In this document: positions 10,515 to 20,777 of the stretch, piece by piece | Position numbering within the stretch: position 1 is the stretch's first letter | Layout of the letters: each line of letters opens with the position of its first letter | Assembly (NCBI GenBank): GCA_000004985.1 | Contig: GG738901.1 | Source: Naegleria gruberi | Lineage: Eukaryota | Strand: one strand, 5' to 3' | Length of the DNA: 64,000 bases | Program-made: the position numbers and the translations under genes | The notes under the pieces: model-generated | Seen by the model: the letters and a program-made list of their open reading frames with translations, nothing else | Told to the model about the DNA's origin: nothing | Databases searched by the model: none

Positions 10515-11119
10515 ATGAGAGAAAGTGGCGTAGTAAGTATTTGCATCTTGTGAAAACAATCTCACAAACTGTCTTTCTCATTACCCAAATGGTTTCTAAT
10601 ATACTTTCGAATAATAACAATATCGTTTTGTGATGATCATTATTAATAGGCTTATCTTCTTTGGTTAGGTTGTTGTATTGGATTCTTCGGTTTGCACCGT
10701 TTCTATTTGGACTCTGTCATTTTGGGTGTCATCTGGTTCTGTACTGCTGGTTTGTTCGGCTTTGGTCAATTGATTGATCTTAGTAAGTAATCTTATTTCT
10801 AATATATGATGATTTAACCATTATCTATTACTCACACTAACACACATTCCAACTTTCTCTGTTACGAAAATCAACTTTCGAATAACAATTTAATTCTAAA
10901 GTCCTCATCCCAGGTATGGTCGATGAATGTAACCGTAAATATGGTACTCCACAAGTTACCACTGCTGTTACCAACGTAACAACTTATCAAACTCAACCAC
11001 AAGTCCAACAACCATACGTCCCACCACAACAAGCATATTATCCACCACAACAAGGTTATGTTCCTCCACAACAAGGATATGCTCAACAACCTGCTGTTAA
11101 TGTTTATGTTCAACAATAA
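10515..11119 (+). CDS. TM2-domain protein with PQY-rich C-terminal tail; 3 exons (10515-10532, 10650-10782, 10914-11119), 119 aa
   Basis: Exon 1 is ATGAGAGAAAGTGGCGTA followed by GTAAGT. Exon 2 starts after TTAATAG and encodes [44 protein letters not shown], which matches the TM2-domain signature (G..G.HRFYLG....G..QL.T.G..G.W..ID); it is followed by GTAAGT. Exon 3 starts after CATCCCAG and gives [15 protein letters not shown]…[33 protein letters not shown]…*. Phases are 0 and 1, and the exon lengths sum to 357 nt. Confidence 0.6.
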
Positions 11120-11249
11120 ATATTATTAAATAATTTTAATTATGATGATGAAATATTGTTTTGTTTCGAATAGTGCTAAAGAAGACTAATGGATTGTGAA
11201 GAAAAGTTAAGAAGGGTGATGATGGATCCATCAGAATATACAATAAAAA

Positions 11250-12480
11250 ATGATGTTAAGAAGGAGAGCAGAAGATGAGTTGCAACTCTCAGCAACCATC
11301 ATCAAGGTTGAAAATCTCCAAACAGATCCCAAGTAAGTTTATTGCTTTATTCGAAAGTTGCCAACAACCCACATCAACAGCTCTGTCTATGCCATCCTAA
11401 CTTTCAATCAGGTCCAAAAGAAAGTTTCAACAGCCGACAAAAACCTCGAAGGAAAGAATAGTTACGAATGGTCTGACAATAACAATGTGCTCTTCAAGGA
11501 AATTCCAGAATTTTGCAATGAAAGACTCAAAATTGAAGTGAGGGATAAACAATCGGATAAGTTAATGTAAGGATTTTATGGATCTCAACTTATCTAATCA
11601 AATTGATTTATTTCATTACTATATTATTAATTGATATGATTTTAATGTCGTGCAATGATCATCATCATCAGGAATTAATTTATTATTTTAATTGATGATG
11701 ATCAAATTTATTTCCGAATGATCGATCAATTGAATGTAATATTAATAATAATAATACTATGTATTGATAATGATGAAAATGGATATATATTGGAAAATTA
11801 GAGGAATGACCACAACCTCACTTGAATCATTACCAAAGAATTTGGAAATTACACGTAAACTCAAACTCTACGATACCAAGAATGCAGTTGTTCACTTGAG
11901 GATGAAAGCAATTGGATTTGGAGTTGAGCAACGTTTGTTTGAGGTTCACTCTAAAATAATGCCCTTCCTCAGATCTATTCACACACCAACTGATGCCATG
12001 AGAAATGTTGTCATTATTCCAATGACAATGGAGAATTTCTTTGGATTGGAGCCAGCTATTGAGGCATTGAAGAAGATTAGAGAGAGAAGTTCTCCAGTGG
12101 CTACTCATGCTCTCTTTCCAGTCTTGTTGATTTTCCCTGGAAAGTATTTAGTGAGAGAGACCATTAAATTGACAGCTGCTTTGAATGGTTTGGTAATTTT
12201 TGGAATTACTGACAGTAAAGATAGTAGAGTTGAAATTATTCCATACAAGAAGAGTGAACCAATATTTGATTTATCAGTTGATGTGAATATTATTCACATG
12301 CATGGGTTGACTTTTGAGGCAGATAGTTTGTGTGTTAAGGCAATTAATCCAACAACTAAATTGGAAGCCTACTCGTGTGATTTATCAAAGATTTGGCCAC
12401 CTAATAGTAGTGTTGCTGATATTGTAAATTATGAATTCTTTGGAGAGGAAAATATGGACGAAGAAGAAGGTTTCTACTAG
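11250..12480 (+). CDS. C2-domain protein with uncharacterised C-terminal domain; 3 exons (11250-11332, 11381-11566, 11802-12480), 316 aa
   Basis: Exon 1 MMLRRRAEDELQLSATIIKVENLQTDP ends at GTAAGT (11333) in phase 2. The acceptor CAACAG at 11380 gives N-SVYAILTFNQVQKKVSTADKNLEGKNSYEWSDNNNVLFKEIPEFCNERLKIEVRDKQSDKL. A GTAAGG donor at 11567 (phase 2) and the acceptor …AAATTAGAG| at 11801 give I-GMTTTSLESLPKNL…. The spliced text …LKIEVRDKQSDKLIGMTTTSLESL… reproduces the C2-domain consensus (L.V.V.DkD....D.iG...i.L..l), and the exons sum to 948 nt. The track ORF 11358 starts at TTG. Confidence 0.6.
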
Positions 12481-12656
12481 TAATATAAAAATTGTAATTG
12501 TATTACATGTCATTTCTTAACATTTTTATCTTGATCCAGTTAACTTTGTAAACCATTCAATAGAAGTCAATTAGACCTTCAAGTGTCAGAAGAAGATCAA
12601 TAGTAATCAAACTTAGTTCCAACTTCCTTAATTTACAATTTTCAAACTTTAAAAAA

Positions 12657-14180
12657 ATGCTTTCAAACAACCTTCCCTCCACAGATGTCTCCACTCAATC
12701 AGTAGCAGCAGCAACAACAACTCTTCCGAATGGTTATTCTCGGGAGTGGCCAATCATCGTTGAAAATTTACAGAAAATTGCAAATAGAGAAAAAGTGTTT
12801 GGATCGATTGCAGCTTGGATTGAATTTGTAAAGGATTTGGATCAGAAAATTGTTGATGATTGTATGAATAATAATCGTGATGATGACGATGATGGTAGTG
12901 TTCAAGAAGTTTCCAGATCAACTGATTATCACTTTAGAAATTTATCATTCCTTTATAAAAAGATGAATATTTCGGACAAGAAGGAAGCAAAAGAACATTC
13001 ATTGATGAGTGAGAAGGAATTTATGGAAAAGGTTGTTCCAAAGATTGCTCAGTGGATTTTGGATTTGGAAAGAGAGTTTCCAAGTGGAAAAATTCCAGTC
13101 TTGATGATGAATGCATCTGGTGTTGTGAGATTGACCAAGAGACAGATCAGGTCGATTATGAGTTGTGCATTTTGTTGTTTATTCAGAGAAAGAGGAGATG
13201 TATCAAAGAAAAATATGGGTGTTTTCGAGTTTGGATTATTCTGGAGTGTTGCTTCACAAAATTTCCTAATGTCATTATTTCACTATTTTGAGAGGATGTA
13301 TAAATTAGACAATGATAGCTCAACAAGCAGTTCTTTGGATGAAATAATTTTATTTGAAAGGAAGGTTTTAAAGAACAATTATAGGCGATTCATAGAAGAG
13401 GAAATTTGCAAGAGTCAACAAAAGATGTGCCCTTTATTATTCAAACAAGGAAAGATTCAAGATAATCTTAATCACTTGATGGTTGATTTTGCAAATTGTA
13501 TGATTGGTGGACATGTGCTCGGTGGTGCAGTTGCACAAGAAGAGATTTTATTTGTTGAATGTCCAGAGCTTTTTGCATCCATTTTAATTTGCCCTCAAAT
13601 GCAAGTTCATGAAACTATTAAGTTCACAGGATTTGAGAGATATTCAAATTTGAAAGGATACATTAAGAGTATGACTTATGAGACCTATCTAGACAATCAA
13701 CCAGTAATCGAGAACGTAAGAAAGAATCAACTAATTGCTATGGATGCTCTGCAAGGAGTGGGAATTTTCCAATTCCAAAAAGAATTCATTCTTAGAGAAA
13801 TATTCAAAACCACCTGTGCTTTCACATCAAAAGAGAATGATTTCCTCAAAGATTCATCATCTGATTTACCAACATTAGAAAACGAACCTATTGCAAGTGG
13901 ATTCTGGGGCTGTGGAATGTTTGGAGGTGATAAGCAATTGAAAACAATCATTCAATGGTTGAGTGCTACTTTATGTAATAGACCTTCTCTAACTATTCAT
14001 CTCTTTTCACCTGAGGATGAGAAAATTGAACAAGATTTCAACACAAAAATACTTCCATTAATTGTGGAGAAGGAGTTAAGTCTTGGTCAAGTTGCAGATG
14101 CATTACTCAACACTTACCAATCAGTTAGAAAAACAACATCTTTTTCAATTTTTGAATTTCTTCATCAAAACTTCAAATAA
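12657..14180 (+). CDS. PARG: Poly(ADP-ribose) glycohydrolase (PARG)
   Basis: The PARG catalytic signature is DFANCMIGGHVLGGAVAQEEILFVECPEL (the GGG-X6-8-QEE motif). The downstream conserved block is ASGFWGCGMFGGDKQLKTIIQWLSA (compare …WGCGAFGGD..LK…Q). It is a single exon with its ATG in A-rich context. Confidence 0.85.
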   Translation: MLSNNLPSTDVSTQSVAAATTTLPNGYSREWPIIVENLQKIANREKVFGSIAAWIEFVKDLDQKIVDDCMNNNRDDDDDGSVQEVSRSTDYHFRNLSFLYKKMNISDKKEAKEHSLMSEKEFMEKVVPKIAQWILDLEREFPSGKIPVLMMNASGVVRLTKRQIRSIMSCAFCCLFRERGDVSKKNMGVFEFGLFWSVASQNFLMSLFHYFERMYKLDNDSSTSSSLDEIILFERKVLKNNYRRFIEEEICKSQQKMCPLLFKQGKIQDNLNHLMVDFANCMIGGHVLGGAVAQEEILFVECPELFASILICPQMQVHETIKFTGFERYSNLKGYIKSMTYETYLDNQPVIENVRKNQLIAMDALQGVGIFQFQKEFILREIFKTTCAFTSKENDFLKDSSSDLPTLENEPIASGFWGCGMFGGDKQLKTIIQWLSATLCNRPSLTIHLFSPEDEKIEQDFNTKILPLIVEKELSLGQVADALLNTYQSVRKTTSFSIFEFLHQNFK

Positions 14181-14326
14181 AATCCAGAACTTGACTAATT
14201 TCAAATAGTAATCCTGTCAACTAAATCAATAAAACTAATTTACCAAATGGTATTAACAAAACCAAAGCACTTTAAAAAAGAAAACAAGTGCAGAATGTTT
14301 CTTGATATTAAAACACAAAATTACAA

Positions 14327-14400
14327 CCGCCCCACGTGGGGCTCGAACCCACGACCGTTGGATTAAAAGTCCAACGCTCTACCGACTGAGCTAGCAGGGC
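14327..14400 (-). tRNA. tRNA-Lys(TTT)
   Basis: Minus strand: GCCCTGC-TA-GCTCAGTCGGTAGAGC-G-TTGGA-CTTTTAA-TCCAA-CGGTC-GTGGG-TTCGAGC-CCCAC-GTGGGGC-G. It is a canonical cloverleaf with A and B boxes and anticodon UUU. Downstream on the minus strand the sequence is T-rich. Confidence 0.85.
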
Positions 14401-14546
14401 TGCTCATCAAAAATATCAAAGAAATTTACAAATAATACCCCATCCCTTTAGAGCTCCTAGGAGCCAAATTCCAAAGTTCATGATGAAAACCAACAGTAAA
14501 AAAATGAAAACAAGGCTAGATAGATTAAATCTTATTCGTTGGTCTG

Positions 14547-15281
14547 ATGAGGCAGAACGATTTGAGGGTTTGTTATTCTCCAAACAATGGTTTGCAAATA
14601 ATTATTAAAGATCTTATAAAATTTACAAAAAAATCAATTATTGAAATTCTTGATTCCGATTTGCCGATCCCAACCAAAGAGGAGAGAAATTGGATTGGTG
14701 GTTGTTTTAAAAGAACCATACCTGCAAAGATATGTTCCTATCGATCAATAAGAGTTCTACAACAACGAGAACAGAATGCCTCTTCTTCTCCTCATCATAG
14801 ACAATTAATTGATGATTATTTATTCAAAATTGCAAAAGAAATTATTGATGATTCAACGGAAATGATTGGATTAATAGATGAAATATTAAAGAGGGATTTA
14901 TTGGATGATGAGGATCGTTTATATTATTGCCACCTTAAAGGAGATTACTACAAAATGTTGTTTGCTATTGATGGGGAACAAGACAAGTGGAAGTTGTTGT
15001 ATTGTCAGAGTTTTGAGGATGGTAGAGATTCGTTGGAGAAGGTATCTCCTCTTAATGTTATTGGATTGAGGACGTCTCTTGCTGCCTCTGTATTCTACTA
15101 TGAAGTGATGAATGATCAGGAAAAAGCAGTTGAAATTGCAAAATCAGCATTCAACGCTGCTGTTCCTTTATTTGATGAATTGGATGAGGAAGTTACCAGT
15201 GAAATTTTGATGTTACTGCAAATGTTGAGGGATAACTTGACGCTGTGGACTTTTTCAGAAGAGCCAGATGAAGAAGATTAA
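14547..15281 (+). CDS. Divergent 14-3-3-like protein (244 aa)
   Basis: The C-terminal half aligns clearly with 14-3-3: [12 protein letters not shown] (KMKGDYYRYLAE), [55 protein letters not shown] (NFSVFYYEI…[35 protein letters not shown]), and an acidic C-terminal tail. The N-terminal half is recognisable but divergent: [38 protein letters not shown] versus [33 protein letters not shown]. Confidence 0.75.
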   Translation: [244 protein letters not shown]

Positions 15282-15800
15282 GGTTCTAAAGAACATTGTA
15301 TGCTGGTAAGAGTATTGTATTTACTTGAATGACAGAGTATTAATTTACATGCCATTTGGAAAAATTATGTAATGTTGTTGGAAGTATTAAGGGATGTATG
15401 CACACAACAGCAGGAATAATATTCACGATTAGATTATCTAGCATGCAGAGCTCTATTGCATTGTTAAATTGTAGATGGACGTATCGTTGTATACAGTAAG
15501 GGAGAGGATGATTCATTTCGATTAGATAAAGGATAGGTTCGTTGTTGGTGTTCCTACATTCAAAGTGACAGTCAAATTGAAATAGGATATTATCAGAATG
15601 TAATTGTTCCTATTTTGAAGTGAGAGAGTTCTCTGCTGAGTACTTCCTATTATTGGTTGCGTGGATGCAAAAACTCCAATAATTAAAGTGATGTCCACCA
15701 GTTGATAATAGTTTCTAATGTTCTTCTATTGTCATGAAGTTTGTTTGCAATTCAACTGATGTATTTTATGGTGTTACAGACAAGATAAGAGACGGCCTGA

Positions 15801-16595
15801 TTATTGTTTGGTCAATTGAATTATTTGCTGAACAACACTGGCAACATCTTTTTCTTGGTTATCTACCACTACTAATTTGGCATTCTTAATTGTTGGATTA
15901 ATTGTGAGTTCAAGAGTTTCGAATTGACTAGGAATTAAACTACTATTCATAAAGTGTGCAGAACGATTTTCTAATCTATCCTGTGCTTCGTTTTGAGAAA
16001 TGGACAAGTTGACAAATAGCCAGTTGATATCCAAATTAACATTGTGTTGAATTGGCTTATCCAGAAGTTCCTCCTCATTTTCACATAGTTGTGCGTCACC
16101 CAACACAAGTAATTCTCTATAAATATTCTTCAAAGCACTACAAGAAACCACCACAATCTTCCTATTCGAATGTTTAATCTCATTCATAATTTGTAAATGA
16201 ATGGCCAATAACCAAGGTCGTCTATCCTGATCATTCAATGGAATTCCCTTTGCCATTTTCTCCACATTACTCTTTGAATGAAATTTGTCTCCCTCCAAGA
16301 AACAACACTCTCCACCACATTCGTTTAAATATTGAGTCAAAGCCTCTCCAATCGTCGATTTGCCACAACCACAAACTCCAAACAATACAATCACCAAATA
16401 TTTATCATCATTTACTCTTTCATCAGTATTTAAAACATTTTCAGAAGAAGTAAATTGATTCAAATTTTTATCACTCATCATCATACAACCAGAATCAAAG
16501 CCTTGAAGTTGTTGTTTATCTTCCATTCCGACGCAATTTTCTTGCTGTGCTGCGGCCAAAGATTTTGTGTTTCCTTGTGTAAGCAAATTGTTCAT
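15801..16595 (-). CDS. Gluconokinase (GntK/IdnK family, thermoresistant gluconokinase-like) with Q-rich N-terminal extension
   Basis: P-loop VIVLFGVCGCGKSTIGEAL. The family blocks are DKFHSKSNVEKMAKGIPLNDQDRRPWL, VVVSCSALKNIYRELL and HFMNSSLIPSQFETLE, which align almost residue-for-residue with animal gluconokinase (…MGKGIPLNDQDRIPWL…VLACSALKKTYRD…HFMPPELLQSQFETLE). The first real ATG, in A-rich context, is at 16595; the track start at 16718 is TTG. Confidence 0.85.
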   Translation of the reverse strand: MNNLLTQGNTKSLAAAQQENCVGMEDKQQLQGFDSGCMMMSDKNLNQFTSSENVLNTDERVNDDKYLVIVLFGVCGCGKSTIGEALTQYLNECGGECCFLEGDKFHSKSNVEKMAKGIPLNDQDRRPWLLAIHLQIMNEIKHSNRKIVVVSCSALKNIYRELLVLGDAQLCENEEELLDKPIQHNVNLDINWLFVNLSISQNEAQDRLENRSAHFMNSSLIPSQFETLELTINPTIKNAKLVVVDNQEKDVASVVQQIIQLTKQ

Positions 16596-17494
16596 TTTTT
16601 TTAAATGGAAAAAAAGATTTGGAGGGAAAATCTGCAAATTAGCACAAACTACAAATGCAAGCAATTTCCAAACTAATGAAATTTGTTTCCATTCAAAGGT
16701 TTGGTTACAATGAAACAATATGATTTTGATACTTACAAAGAATAGTTTGTACGATGTTACACTAAAGGCAATTTGTTAATTATTTATCTTATTCGAAAGG
16801 CAAGGTGCTAGGGGAAGGAGTCCTTGACAAAAAGAAAGTTTATATCACCACTCGTTTCGTCTTAATGAACCTTAAAATTTGTTTACAATAAACTATTCGA
16901 AACTGCAGAACCCTGCTTCATACAAAGCATACTCAAATTATACTCCAACTAAATAAAGTCAGAGAATGTTTCTTGTATCATACCCAAGAATCAACACAAT
17001 AACGCACTGAAGTTACAACTGCGGCCTATTTCAGTACAAGGTCCCAACTTGCCAAGACATTAAACGAAACTATTCGAAAGGGTAGATAAGGCAACCACTG
17101 CATATTACTGCTAAAACATCCTTTTTTACAATCCTTAAAACTCGACATTGACACATTGATCCAGATTTAATGTTGACTTTTCAACAATTCCGCTAATAGA
17201 AGTGATGCATAATGCATTCGGATAGTTTCATTGAGTTGCAAACTTTAAATTATTTAAAAAAGAGCAATAGGAATCTGCAGCACTTTCTTTTATCATCATC
17301 ATTTCCTACAACATTGTAGTTTTGTCTACAACCACCAATAAACTAAACAGAACTATTGTAGACGAAACAAAAAGAACACAAAATTCCACAACAACTCCAC
17401 CAACACAATTTACCTAATTTTGAAATCATCATCAACACATTTTCCCTCCTTTCCAGAGATTTTGAAATTTACAGTCAACACTTTTTACTAAAAA

Positions 17495-20122
17495 ATGTTT
17501 GGTTTCACAAGTGAATCGAGGTCTAATAGCAATGAGGATGGTGGATTTGTTTCACCTGCCAAGATTCGTTCTCAACAACAGTCGGCTTCAGTTTCGTCTA
17601 GTCATTCGAATACAATGATTCAGAATTTACCGACCACTTCGAATACACATGCACTTGATGGAGGAGACATACAAGACATGATGCATTCACCAAGATTTGA
17701 GGAAGATGAAGTGGACTACAGAGGTAAAGCTAGAGATTCGAATAATGATGATGAAATTAATCAATACGAAATTTCAATACCTGTTAGTGCGATTGTATTG
17801 AATACTTCATTTACTCCGATTTTGGTTACTAATCAATCCAATTCCACAAATTTACTTTCGAATAATCAACAATTTATGAATGTATCAGGTTTATCAAATA
17901 ATTCTTCAAATCAGTCAGCATCTGGTTCTGGTCAACTCAATTTATTCGAAAGTTCAACTTCTCAAAAACCAAGACCACAATCAGCTAGATACTGTAACTC
18001 ATCCATTTCTTCAATTGTTCTAGCGATGAATCCACCAACACCTCCACAAGGAGAAATTCAACAAAACAAATTGTTGGCCGTTTCTAATATTGAAAATTCA
18101 TTTAATAATTCTGGAAATTCATTACTGTCAAGTCAAAACTCTGCATGCAGTGGAGCTCATACAACATCTTCAATTATTTCGAATAAGGGAAGTGGAACTG
18201 GAAGTAATGGAGAAAGTGGATGGACCATGACGAAACAGCAACGAGAAAGGTTTCAACATGTGGAAAAATTGAGAAGTAAATTATTCGAAAGTATGGAAAC
18301 AATGAATTGGTTGAATGAGAAGGCATCATCCTCCAAACATGCAGATCAGAAAAACTCAGTTGAAGTCAAGAAACAGAAATTTGTGATGGAATGTGTGAGC
18401 AAACTCAAGTTTTTGGATGAATTCTACGATGCCCTCAATGGGAGAGTGAGAACATTTGATTGTGTGAGGGATGTGGTCGAGGCTCTTGATAATTTCTGTT
18501 CAAATATTCTCAGTTTTTCACATGAAAAGTTTGGATATATTAGGAGTCAAGAATCAAATGGTTCTTCCTCCTCAAGAAAATCCATTCGAATGACAACCTC
18601 CACTGGGTTGAGTACTGTTTCAGTGGGTGAAAAGAAGAGTGGAAGTGGCAATTTACTGACCGGAGCCTTGAGTAGAGATCCCAGCTCTGAAGATATGGGC
18701 AGCGGTTCACCACTCACAACTACAGCCCTATTGAAATCATCCCTAGATAATAATATCAACGAGTTGGCCAATGCAATGGAGCAAAACAAACTCTCACCTT
18801 GTTTTCAACATGAGAGGTTGAGAGATTTTATTATTGGTATTTGGTTAGAATTGACCAAATGTGATAATAACGAGAACAAATTGAATACACTTTTGAATAC
18901 CAAGATCAAACGATCAGTTGTTGACTCTGAGAGAATCAACAATACATTTAATAACTCTAGGAGAAATTCCACTAATTTGACATCACTTTTGCAATCTACT
19001 GAAGATTCAAGTCTCTCCCTGTTCAATTCTTCATTGGTGAGGAAGGAATCAGTAAAGACCCTCGAAAAGATCCTCATCATTGAAGAAAACCTTGGAGAAA
19101 AGCTTTCTAACGATATTAGAATTTTGACCGACATGTTCCTCACTGAAATGGATGATATTCTTGCTGTATTCCACGATAAGCAGGTAAAGTTTATCAGATC
19201 GTGGTATAATGAAGCTCTAGATAAATGCTTACTCCCATTCCACTCACTGAATGCAATGAAGAAGAGAAAGGAATGCCTCAAGGGATTGAAAACAGATCAC
19301 ACACTCAGTGAGGAGGATTTCGCTCTCAAGTATGTCATTGAGAAGGATTGGAAGTTTTTAGATAGACTTTGTGAATATACTCCAGATTGGAAAATTGTAA
19401 GCAAGAATCTTCCACTTGTCTCTGCATGGACATCTAACGAAAACTATAGCAACATTTCTGATATGAGGTTGACCAAGTTTGTTGGCTATTTTGACTGTTC
19501 GATTGAGAATGCAACAAGAGCACTGAGTCACGATGTATCACTAGAAAAGATTTACAATAACAGAGTTGTGTGGCATGAGTATAGTAAGCCAAGCATGTCA
19601 AGCTCTCTCGAAAAGTTTCCAACTGCGCTCATGTCTTGTGTGAATGAAACAAGTGGTCTACACAAGAAACAATCAATGGAATTGGTAATTTCAGGAAAGA
19701 CCAAATTCATTGGTAATGAATCCACTACAGAGCTAGTCGAGTCATGCTTTTGTTTCAAGTCATGTAACATCTTGAAAGGCAATAATTCAAAGGACTCGGA
19801 TTCCTCACGTTTCATCTCAATCGGTGCCAGATATATAACCAAAGTTGACAATAACAGAATTAGAGTTATGGAAGTGAGATTTAGTAGAATTGCAGGATTT
19901 TTGAAAAAGACCTTCCTCTTTTCTATCAATATGAAAAAGGAGATGGGTTTATTCTATACATCTCTGATTGAAATTTTTACAGGAGAAGAAGAGAAAGGTT
20001 TCCCACTTGCCTCTACAAGTAATAATCTAATGAAAGTCATTTGCGACTACGCAAGAACGTATTGCCATGTGGATTTTGGTATGAAATACTCACATAGCGA
20101 GGATGAAATTCCAGTCATTTAA
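17495..20122 (+). CDS. Hypothetical protein, 875 aa; N-terminal 250 aa is S/N/T-rich low complexity
   Basis: Long intact ORF with ATG in A-rich context. I recognise no domain. Antisense ORFs 18547-19929 on the minus strand are artefacts. Confidence 0.5.
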   Translation: MFGFTSESRSNSNEDGGFVSPAKIRSQQQSASVSSSHSNTMIQNLPTTSNTHALDGGDIQDMMHSPRFEEDEVDYRGKARDSNNDDEINQYEISIPVSAIVLNTSFTPILVTNQSNSTNLLSNNQQFMNVSGLSNNSSNQSASGSGQLNLFESSTSQKPRPQSARYCNSSISSIVLAMNPPTPPQGEIQQNKLLAVSNIENSFNNSGNSLLSSQNSACSGAHTTSSIISNKGSGTGSNGESGWTMTKQQRERFQHVEKLRSKLFESMETMNWLNEKASSSKHADQKNSVEVKKQKFVMECVSKLKFLDEFYDALNGRVRTFDCVRDVVEALDNFCSNILSFSHEKFGYIRSQESNGSSSSRKSIRMTTSTGLSTVSVGEKKSGSGNLLTGALSRDPSSEDMGSGSPLTTTALLKSSLDNNINELANAMEQNKLSPCFQHERLRDFIIGIWLELTKCDNNENKLNTLLNTKIKRSVVDSERINNTFNNSRRNSTNLTSLLQSTEDSSLSLFNSSLVRKESVKTLEKILIIEENLGEKLSNDIRILTDMFLTEMDDILAVFHDKQVKFIRSWYNEALDKCLLPFHSLNAMKKRKECLKGLKTDHTLSEEDFALKYVIEKDWKFLDRLCEYTPDWKIVSKNLPLVSAWTSNENYSNISDMRLTKFVGYFDCSIENATRALSHDVSLEKIYNNRVVWHEYSKPSMSSSLEKFPTALMSCVNETSGLHKKQSMELVISGKTKFIGNESTTELVESCFCFKSCNILKGNNSKDSDSSRFISIGARYITKVDNNRIRVMEVRFSRIAGFLKKTFLFSINMKKEMGLFYTSLIEIFTGEEEKGFPLASTSNNLMKVICDYARTYCHVDFGMKYSHSEDEIPVI

Positions 20123-20777
20123 CTAAACTAATTTTTTATTGAACTGAATATTTACAATTTTTCCAATAAGAATAAGGATGTGTTGCGTGTGGAAAGACAA
20201 TTGTTCTGACATAGACGAATTGTGAAACTGTCTTAATTCCATTTCCAATAAACAATGAAGTGGATCTTCAGGAGCCTTTTCTTAAGAGAATGTCAGAATA
20301 TTCATGGTTTCTCAGTAGTGGCTATATATTGATAAAATTGAAATCTTCATCTAAAACACGTAAACAATGGATCATATTAGTATTGTAAAATACTTGTTCC
20401 GATATTTATTGTTTTTGCCTCATCACTCGAGTTAAGAATGGATTGTAAAGAAATCGAGAGGGAAACTGAAACAACAAAAAAAATACCTCAACTCGGTTTG
20501 TCAACACAGCTTGTAAGGAATCCAATCAAGGCTAAAGTCTTGCATTATCAACTTGTCAATTCAGTCTTTGAAATCATTTCGTCCACCTCACTACTCGAAA
20601 GAAGGCTAATTAACAATCACACAATCTTTCATTATTTCACTGATTCAAAGAAGGCTTCATTACTATCATCATACAATCTTCACTAATAGAAAGAAGGCTT
20701 CGTTTAACTACAATTCTCAACAAATTATCACAAGAAGCCACATTACAATTTAAAATCGCCAGGTGCTATTATAGATC

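Noticed and set aside
16596-16718. N-terminal extensions in the ORF track, e.g. gluconokinase starting at 16718, the membrane protein at 27700, the F-box/LRR gene at 62084, ORF 11358, ORF 26064 and ORF 35379
   Set aside because: The track labels TTG/GTG codons as M. Reading the DNA shows no ATG at those positions. I moved starts to the first ATG in A-rich context, or merged the ORF into an upstream exon where splicing explains it.
16786-17080. Interpreting the TTCGAA-core motif as a heat-shock element
   Set aside because: HSEs are arrays of nGAAn units in alternating orientation with 2-nt spacers (GAAnnTTC). The motif here is an unspaced TTCGAA palindrome with conserved flanks (CTTTCGAATA). 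It does not fit HSE geometry.
18547-19929. Minus-strand ORFs 18547-18789, 18805-19281, 19434-19622, 19552-19929 inside gene 17495-20122, and similar antisense ORFs inside other long genes (e.g. 22759-22986, 25144-25856, 36519-36779, 39751-42014, 44777-46258, 53060-53311, 57423-58367)
   Set aside because: They lie entirely within longer, better-supported sense ORFs. They lack start context and have antisense-type composition. I treat them as shadow ORFs.
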